From Octopus sinensis (taxonomy: Eukaryota), in assembly GCF_006345805.1 (NCBI RefSeq), contig NC_043001.1, forward strand, positions 111,538,001-111,602,000: a stretch of 64,000 bases of DNA, given 5' to 3'. Made by a program: the position numbers and the translations under genes. The notes under the pieces were generated by a model. That model had not been told where the DNA came from. It saw only the letters and a list, made by a program, of their open reading frames with translations, and ran no database searches. Below, piece by piece: positions 54,849 through 64,000 of this stretch. The number at the start of each line of letters is the position of its first letter. Within the stretch, counting starts at the first letter, position 1.

Positions 54849-56056
54849 ACCGATATTTTATTCCATTCCATGTGCCAAAATTCGAAATCAATGTAGGATA
54901 GAATAATGGGCGAAGAGGAGGTAAAAGAACAAGAGACCAATTAACCAAAATATAAATTTTAATCTACCTAGTACACTAGGGCATTAATCCTAAGTATTAA
55001 CTCCACTTGGTAGCTAGACTACCGGGTCACAGTACACGTTATAATTTTCTATTGATTTTAATGACTTTTATGTACTCTTCAACTCATTTTACTATTCCTT
55101 TACTTAGACCGTATGTATACACTATATCGTACAAATTGTAAATAGCATACTTAGTTTTATACAAGGGCTTCCTTTGAAATTATAAGGGTTAACTTAGAAT
55201 CCACAAAGTAACGTTACTTATTACTAATAATAACACCGACTATCACCCACCAGGTATAACTCCTTCAGCAAACACCGCCACTCAAATAGCCACTGTCCCC
55301 ACTTACTGCCACATACAGCCAAGTGAAGGACTCTACTAACACGTGGAAATATACAAGTCACTAAAATAAAAGCCTTCAGATTTAACGAACTCTTTTCTCT
55401 TTCGTTTTTTTTTTCCTTCTTTGCCTTTCTTTTCCCTCTAATCATTCTGAAGGTGTTTATTAAATGTAACGAGGTAAATGTAAATTTACTCCAATTTGAT
55501 AAGCAGAACCAGCTGTAAAATGTTCTAAATTCAATTAAATAATGACTTTTTAATACCAATGATCAACTTCTCATTGTTAATTATTGCTCCATTTCTTATA
55601 TTCTTTCTATTTATTAAACCGCGGTTTTACCTTTATATTACCTACTATTGTATTCCTTATAGCTAGGACGATACATAATGAGGTAATAAACCAGAAGTGC
55701 CTACAGGTACATCAATACCTTAGATGGTTGCATTACCTCTAATTTATGTCTTGCTTTATATATATTAATATCTACAATTCTTATTCTAAATCATATATAT
55801 TTCATAATAATTATATTATATAATGTAATGTATATGATTTAGAATACGAATTTCTAGATATTAATTTTAATAATTTTTAATATTTAGTCCTATATGTACT
55901 ATTGTGGATAATGTCATTCAAAGCTGATTGAGTTGCTAGAGAGGCATTCTGTCTCTTAAACCTATCTATATATATGTATATAATACAGTGAGCAATTCAT
56001 TTAGTACCACTAAATTTAATTTCATTCCCCTGTGGACTCGGAAATAACTTCAATAA

Positions 56057-56079
<23 letters not shown>

Positions 56080-56117
<38 letters not shown>

Positions 56118-56155
56118 AGATAGATATGTAGATAGAGATTCGTATACATAGACAG

Positions 56156-56194
<39 letters not shown>

Positions 56195-56244
56195 CAATAG
56201 ATAGATCGACAGAGATAAATAAATATATTATATATATATATTAT

Positions 56245-56297
<53 letters not shown>

Positions 56298-56420
56298 AGA
56301 TAGATAGATAGACAGAGATAAATATATATAGATAGATAGATAGATAGATAGGTACATACATACATACATACATACATACATACATACATACATACATACA
56401 TACATACATACATACATACA
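56080..56420. repeat. (TA)(GATA)(CATA) compound microsatellite
   Basis: Seen directly. Confidence 0.95.
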
Positions 56421-57101
56421 CAAATGAAGGAACCGATTCTTTCTGTATTGGCAAAAGAACTTGAAATAATGACATACATGTCAATGTATCAAAAAGAGTT
56501 TACATTTTTTCATCATTTGATAAAGAATAAAGCGGTGATCGATCTAGTAGCATCTTCGCGAGATAATTGTCATAAATGGAGCGTTAAACATATTATTGTT
56601 CAACTTCTAAGGTTATTTTGAAAACCCTTATATTTGATTTTAAATAGGCATGGGTATGTATTTAGATTTGCACATGTTTCATTGGATAGCTGTGAATTGA
56701 ATCATATTACTCTATGTGTACAAATTCTTTTAATATAATCATATTTTCATATGCACATTTGGTAATTTGAAAATATTCATCTCTTTAAATACATAAACAT
56801 GCATTTATAAAAGGAGGACAATTAAGGTAACTGTTCGCACATAAGTATTTGAATGTAAGAGAACAGTATGTTTTAGCGCTGCGCTATTTGCATTTGACAA
56901 TCTGTCCTTTTCCACTTCTTTAAAATTACCATGTGTTAATGTTTGTATTTTGTGAAGCTTGATATAATAAATTACGGAGATGTACTCGCATAGCAAGTAA
57001 TTTGATCTGAGATCGTGTGCTGAAACCAAAACAATTGCAGCGTGGAAGGTGTTTATAAGCCATTTAAGAACACACAAAAGCCGTTCGATTCACTCCACAT
57101 T

Positions 57102-57205
57102 AAGTTTATTTGTCAAAATATTTTCGTCGTCGCTAAAATCCGGATTTTTGTCAGTGAACAGGTCGCGGATTTTAGCGACGAAAATATTTTGACAAATTAA
57201 ACTTA
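57102..57205. repeat. Hairpin formed by an inverted partial pseudo-LTR copy
   Basis: 57102-57142 is the reverse complement of 57166-57205, apart from a 3-nt CGT duplication and a 1-nt indel. Confidence 0.85.
57147..57196 (+). ncRNA. Type-I hammerhead-like motif with G3-C8 swapped core (GUGAACA)
   Basis: TTTGTCA-GTGAACA-g-GTCGC ggatttta GCGAC-GAAA-ATAT-TT-TGACAAA: 7-bp stem I, 5-bp stem II, palindromic stem III. Confidence 0.55.
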
Positions 57206-57215
57206 AATGTTTCAA

Positions 57216-57315
57216 NNNNNNNNNNNNNNNNNNNNNNNNNNNNNNNNNNNNNNNNNNNNNNNNNNNNNNNNNNNNNNNNNNNNNNNNNNNNNNNNNNNNN
57301 NNNNNNNNNNNNNNN
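57216..57315. other. Assembly gap (100 N)
   Basis: Seen directly; the round number suggests an unknown true size. Confidence 1.
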
Positions 57316-57353
57316 GAGATAGGAGAGAAATGAATAAAATATTCATATATATA

Positions 57354-57525
57354 GGGCGCAGGAGTAGCTATGCGGTAAGAAGCTTGCTTCCCAACCACAT
57401 GGTTCCGGGTTCAGTCCCACTGCGTGGCACATTGTACTATAGCTTCGGGCCGCCCAAAGCCTTGTGCTCCAGGTAGTGCTCCAGCATGGCCACAATCAAA
57501 TGACCAAAAGAAGTAAAAAGAAAAA
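57354..57525 (+). mobile_element. SINE family A, internally deleted
   Basis: Head directly joined to the GTGCTCCAGCATGGCC tail. Confidence 0.8.
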
Positions 57526-57639
57526 GAAAATGAAATATATATATATATGTGTGTGTGTGTATATATCAATGTTAGTGTTTGTATTTGTGTGTGTATGTTT
57601 GTGTGTCGACATATCTGTCTATCTGTCTGTCATATTCAT

Positions 57640-57850
57640 AGTTACACGAGCGAACTAACAGAATTAAGGAGCTGGACAAAACGCTTAGGAGCATTTCTTC
57701 CGATTGTTTTCGTTTTGCGTTCAAATGCCGCCGATGTCAACTTTGCCGTTCTTCTTTTCTGGGTCGATAAAAGCAGTACAAGTTGAGCACTGGGTCAATA
57801 TAATCAACTAGACCCATCCCGCTAAACCTCAGACCCCGTACATATAGTAG
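57640..57850 (+). mobile_element. SINE family B, degenerate
   Basis: gagcgaactaacagaatt..aaaacgcttag..ttcaaatgccgccgatgtcaactttgcc..gggtcgataaaa. Confidence 0.6.
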
Positions 57851-57973
57851 AAAAATAAAAACCATACTGAGGCACACTGGTAAACAGATAAACGCATAAA
57901 GTCTAAAGTATTAGATACTAACTGACCACGTACCTTCAATAATGACGGCTAATTGTATGTTATATATAAATAA

Positions 57974-58298
57974 GGTGAAGGCGCGTAGCTTAGTGGTTAG
58001 GGGCATTCGGCTCCCGATCGTAAGGTCGTGAGTTCGATTCCCGGCGACGCGTTGTGTCCTTGAGCAAGACACTTTATTTCACGTTGCTCCAGTCCACTCA
58101 ACTGGCAAGAATGAGTTGTACCTGTATTTCAAAGGACTGGCCTTGTCACACTTTGTGCCACGCTAAATCACCCTGAGAACAACGTTAAGGGTACATTTGT
58201 ATGTGGATTGCTCAGTCACTTGCAGGTTAATTTCACGAGAAGGCTGTTCAGTTGATCGTATCAGCTGGGATCCTCGCCGTCGTAACCGACGAAGTGCT
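57974..58298 (+). mobile_element. tRNA-derived SINE family C (CORE-like middle, family E-type tail)
   Basis: A-box TAGCTTAGTGG, B-box GAGTTCGATTCC, TTGTGTCCTTGAGCAAGACACTT core, tail shared with family E. Confidence 0.85.
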
Positions 58299-58545
58299 CC
58301 TTTGTAAATAAGGTACATAATAATCACACAAACATTCACATACTTCTGTTGTACACACATATACTCACACAGAGTTGAAACGCCTATTTTTTCACCCCTT
58401 CCTTCCTTATTCATCTATCACCCCTTCCTTTCTCTCATTGCTATTACTTTCTCTTACTCCTTCGCAGTCAGAGCTATTACTCTCACAACTTCTCCTTCAC
58501 TGAATTACTATTTTCTACCCTCCTCCATGTCCAGCGTGATTCTGG

Positions 58546-58589
<44 letters not shown>

Positions 58590-59073
58590 AAAAAATGAAG
58601 TTCAAAAATGCTGCTATATTATACAATTTTTAATTTTTATATATACATTATACATGTTTCAGTTCCTGAAATGAACCTTATCAAAAAAGTTATATATAAA
58701 AAAAGATAGTTCATGCTATCAAATATAAGAAATTTCATTTATAATACACAATGGAGTCAGACATCATAAAGTTCATATATAGTTTGAAGTGAGTTCGTTC
58801 ATGCTATATGTTTAAAGTGTATGATGCAGTGGTTCGTGATGGTGATATGCATTCAATATAAAAAATGGATCAAAGTGGTGGAATGCAGTCAATATAAAAA
58901 ATTGATGTTCCTAATATATATATTAAAATTATAATTTAGAATATCTAAGATATACCACCACGCTGGAAATAGCAGCCAAAACTTGATTCTAAAACCACAT
59001 TAAATGTTCATACAGTACCAGGAAAGAGGACAAAAAAACAAAATGAACTAGCAAAAAATTACTGGATAATTCC

Positions 59074-59709
<636 letters not shown>

Positions 59710-59748
59710 ATATATATATAATATATATATATTATATATATATATCCA

Positions 59749-59803
<55 letters not shown>

Positions 59804-59868
59804 CAGTAAAATTTAGATTCAGTTGAATTAAATGGAGTCGCATGAAACGATCGCACTGCATTGCCTCT

Positions 59869-59904
<36 letters not shown>

Positions 59905-60830
59905 CCTAGGAGCCTCAGTAATCCGTTACAGTTCTTACCTAGCGTACCTAATCGTTTAGATCACCTGTGAACTAAACCTCCATATACAAATATATAAAAC
60001 ACTACGTTCATTAGTATATTAGGAGATACAGAAGAGAGCAAAAGAAAAGTGAAGCTATAGGCTTATTATTTTATGCTCGACGTGAGTATCGGTTTAAATA
60101 TAAGCTATCGCTACTATGGAACGAAATCAGTAACATAATACTTTATACATGAAGGCATTTATAAATTACGAAATGAAACCGAAAATATAATCCATCATTA
60201 GTAAAGTAACTTATACGAGTGTTGGAACACATCTAATCTTCCTTCATCGGGAATGAAATCCTTTTCATTATTGACGACGCATTCATGATTTCAGAGGATT
60301 CTCTTACTGTGTTTGGCAGACCCTTGAAGAATGCCACCAACGTTGACACAGCATTTGAGACAAAAATAGTTTTATTTGGGGAGGGGAGATGCTAATGCTT
60401 ATACTTACTCCAAAAAGCAGTCATTCATTAATATTTGATGTAGAAGAGCTACAGATATTCCCAGGAGAAATAGGTTCATATCTATGTTTTGATATAATTA
60501 AAGAAAGGTGTAATGAAGTAAGAGCTAACTATTCACCTGTATTTTTGAACTCACTGACTCACCTCCCATGCTACCTAGTTAACTTAATTTAAAGTGTGTC
60601 GCCGTATGTTCTAACGAACTGTATCCCTTCGGTAACGGAACAAGAATGAAGATTATTAACTTACTCGTTACAAGCATAGAAATAGTGTTCGGAATTGATT
60701 ACATATACAAAATCAGTATCAAAAGTTTAATTCCACGGATTATCTCTGTCCAAATGATACAAATTTTCCTTTTGCTTGAAAGAAAGAGAGAGAATGAGGG
60801 AGAGAGAGAGAGAGAAGAGAGAGAGAGAGT

Positions 60831-60875
<45 letters not shown>

Positions 60876-61179
60876 CAGTTTATTATACGTTTAGCATTTA
60901 AAAATTTTCACTTACCTTAACAAGTAACGGAGACAAACAACCGAGGGAGATGTGTTACTTCTTCGTCTAGCAGTATTTTCTCGTGGACAAAGCGAGGTTC
61001 TTTGACTAAAATTTAGACATAAGCTAGGTAGTTGCGTGCATGTATGTATATATGCATGTATGTATGCATGTATGTCATCGTTCAGTTTTATTTCAAGATT
61101 TCTTGCCAATAGAGAAAGAACCGGTTTCTAACCTAGATTCAAGGTACCTTCATTGGAATTTAGACACCAACAACAGGGT

Positions 61180-61290
61180 ACTTTTGTTTGTATGTATGTA
61201 TTATGTATGTATGTATGTATGTATGTATGTATGTATGTATGTATGTATGTGTGTATGTATGTATGTATGTATGTATGCAGGTATGTATGT
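61180..61290. repeat. (TATG)n microsatellite
   Basis: Seen directly; another at about 62018-62110. Confidence 0.95.
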
Positions 61291-61494
61291 ATATGTGCAG
61301 ATTTGTATATTTTGTTTTATATATGTATTCTCAGGCATATAGTTACATATCTAGATATGCTCATATATATTTAAATGATAAACTTCTGGAAAGTTTTACA
61401 GATTTTTACAGTCTTCGAATTAGCTTTCTCCTTTCTGGTTTTGAGAAGCCTAATTTCTCAAGATTGGTATTTGGATAGTGTGTTAAATGTAACA

Positions 61495-61930
61495 TGTAAC
61501 CCAGTACAACCTGTTGCATTGTCGGGTCGTCGGCGACTAAACCGGCAACCCCACCAAGCTCGCTTGGTGAGGAGGGTGTTTATTGGTCACCCTGCGGGAT
61601 GAAAAACAAAACCCGTCAAAGGGCGGAGGAACTATTGAGAGTCAACGGTCATCCAATAAATGTCTTAAAGCTGTATCATGCGCGGGGACATAGAAATAAT
61701 CGGATTGAATACCCGATCGCGCAGTTAAACCATTAGGAGTGAAGGACTCCTAGCCTTTGTCAGGGCATCCTTCTAGGAGAAGGCAACTCAGGTAATTGGG
61801 ATAGCTCCGACATAAAACCTGCGGCTCAGTGGTTACCGATGATGTTGACCTGTTCTTCTTTTCGGATTAGGGCTGCTGTTGCTTAGTGAGTAGGATTGAC
61901 TCAGTGCACAGCCTTTCCTCACTTAAAAAA
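61495..61930 (+). mobile_element. GC-rich interspersed repeat ending in an A-run, possibly an RTE-derived non-autonomous element
   Basis: Hairpins CACCAAGC-tc-GCTTGGTG and AGGAGT-gaagg-ACTCCT; ends CCTTTCCTCACTTAAAAAAA; family assignment uncertain. Confidence 0.4.
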
Positions 61931-62047
61931 ATATCTTCTTGCACAGGCATTGCATGATAACATCATTGATTAAGCTTCGAGCAATGGCTATACTCGATAA
62001 CGAGGGGGCAGCCACCATGTATGTATGTATGTATGTATGTATGTATG

Positions 62048-62078
<31 letters not shown>

Positions 62079-62869
62079 TAATGTATGTATGTAATAATGT
62101 ATGTATGTATCTGCGTATGCCATTGCATGTCTGACCTATATATTTCATGATACATGCCTGCATACAAATATTCGACTATCTCTATGCGTGGAGATGCACG
62201 TGCAACAAGCCAAACCTCTGGTATGTTTTACATATTTTCACTGTTCCGTTAATGGTTTGTATTTGTATATTCCTAATTAGCCGTACCCATTCTGGATTTA
62301 TGGAGCCCAGTTTCTTAAGATTGGTACTGACATTGTTAGTAACAAAACCGCATCATCAGCATTCAATGTTATAAACCTAGTATTAGTCCACGTATTAAGA
62401 GCTGCAAATTTGTTATTAACTCCATAAAGCCGATTTCTTTGTTTCTATCTTTAATATTATGTAAACTTTGTGGATAACGGATTTTTACTTCTGCGCACGG
62501 TTTCTTTTTGTCTGTCTCATGATACTGTGTCTCGTTGCTATGACTACGTTTTACAGAACATTCCATTTGTTTTAATTCATATCATGGGTAAGTATACACT
62601 GTACATCACTATAATTTCTATAATTCCATCTTCGAACTTCTTCCCTTTAACGCCTCAAATGTAAGATCTCTGCCACGAAAACGGAGGTTCGCGTCATCCT
62701 ATGATGGAATCAATGTACAAACATTATTATGGAACACCGAGCCACCAGAAACAGCTGTTGGCTTTGTAATACTTTTCCTTAATCCCTTTAACTCTCTAAA
62801 TCATTCGTATTCTGTGTAAGTTGGACCTTTTTATATGTATACGTATATACATTTTTTGCATCTCATCTA

Positions 62870-64000
62870 ATGGTCATCCTATAAATAATGCGATTTTTTA
62901 ATACTTCTTTTATTTTTCAAAATTAAGATAAATAAATTTTTAAAATCTAAAATATACTCTCCTTCATTTTCTACAACGCTCTTCCATCTATCTAGTGGAC
63001 TTGCAAAGTCACTTTTCCAAAATTCACTTTTCTGTGACAAATGATACTCCTCCAGTACTGTTCTGACTTCGTCTAAAAGATTCATATTTTTTTATCCTCG
63101 CTGTATATGGCCAAGCATTATCTAGACGGAAGAACACTTTACGTCTTGAAATCAAAGATGGATATTTTTCTTCTAACGCTGACTTAAACTGCTCAAGCTG
63201 TTCACTGTAGATATTTGTTATCGCTTTATTTGGGTTTAAAACTTCAAAGTGGGCTAAACCTTTCATATCACACCAAACAGATAACAGCACCTTTCGTGGG
63301 TGACGACCTTCTTTAACCTGGGGTGCCAGTGTTTCCCCTTTCCGCACCCACTGTCTTCGGCGTTTGAGATTTTTATAGAGAACCCATTTCTCGTCACCAG
63401 TCACTACTCGGCTCAAAGAAGGTTCATTCATGAGACGTGACAACAAAGATCACATATTCACTCTCTGCGCGCGATTAGACTTGGAAAGTTTGTGAGGAAC
63501 CCATTGACCAAGTTTTCTGACTTTTCCGAAGGCACGAAGGTGTTGATGAATGGTTGAATGATTAAATCCAAGGTTCTCTGCTAGTTCCTTGAGAGATACA
63601 ATGGGATTCTGTTCCACTAGGACTTGCAGGATGTCCTCGTCGAGCTCTTCTGATCTTCCAGGATGAGTCTCATCTAGGCTGTAGTGTCCGGCTCGGAATT
63701 TCTGGAACCACCGTTGACACTGGCTTTCACTTATTGTCCGATCCCCATATGCTGCATTAATATTCCTTGCACTTTCTGTTGCATTGTTGCCTTTATTGAA
63801 CTCATAACGCAAAATATGCCGAATATCCTCCTTTGTGAATTCCATTATAGCTTTTAAAAAATAACTGCTAAAATCAAACTGCACTCTTCAAAACTTGCAA
63901 TAAGAATAAGCACAAGGAAAAATTACTACCTGTTTTTATAGCAAGTTGATGCAGCTAGTTTACCCCGTCCCGCTCCGACCTTTAATTGATGCTAAAATCG
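62870..64000 (-). mobile_element. Mariner transposon, near complete but inactive; the other TIR lies beyond the window
   Basis: MEFTKEDIRHILRYEF..WFQKFRAG..GRS..LGQWVPHKL (ATG at 63845); VVTGDEKWVLY, KVLLSVW.D.KG, LDNA.P; stop/frameshift near 63450; YSPDLAPSD segment deleted; C-terminal RWKSVVENEGEY; TIR-like end after TA at 62868. Confidence 0.92.

Noticed and set aside
57974-58045. tRNA-like cloverleaf
   Set aside because: It is the head of SINE family C and continues straight into the core and tail; not a tRNA gene.
60200-60400. Possible very old mariner C-terminus (AFFKGLP..ECVVNNE)
   Set aside because: YSPD motif and TIRs are not recognisable.

Overview
AT-rich eukaryotic genomic DNA dense in repeats and microsatellites, with one 100-N scaffold gap (57216-57315). 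The repeat repertoire matches my recollection of octopus (coleoid cephalopod) repeats; this is an inference, as no database search was run. There is no intact, confidently identifiable host gene, and nearly all ORF-track entries are microsatellite or repeat artefacts. Supportable content: (i) about 25 copies of four tRNA-headed SINE families, two with clear target-site duplications; (ii) LINE remnants (L1/Tx1-clade RT plus zf-RVT, CR1 3' ends, a probable R4/Dong-type 3' region); (iii) DNA transposon remnants (two mariners, a Chapaev3-like transposase, a Helentron/DINE-like element); (iv) several unrelated Penelope-type pseudo-LTR remnants, mostly arranged as inverted repeats, that fold into minimal type-I hammerhead ribozymes with different catalytic-core variants (CUGAUGA, CCGACGA, UUGAAGA, and GUGAACA with an apparent compensatory G3-C8 swap); (v) a CpG-rich island at about 8.75-9.1 kb with NRF1/EWG, ETS and YY1-type motifs; (vi) a low-confidence, phase-compatible 4-exon minus-strand gene model at 72-3141; (vii) a near-perfect 636-bp fold-back (59074-59709) and a 472-bp tandem duplication. 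The hammerhead variant set is the most interesting signal.
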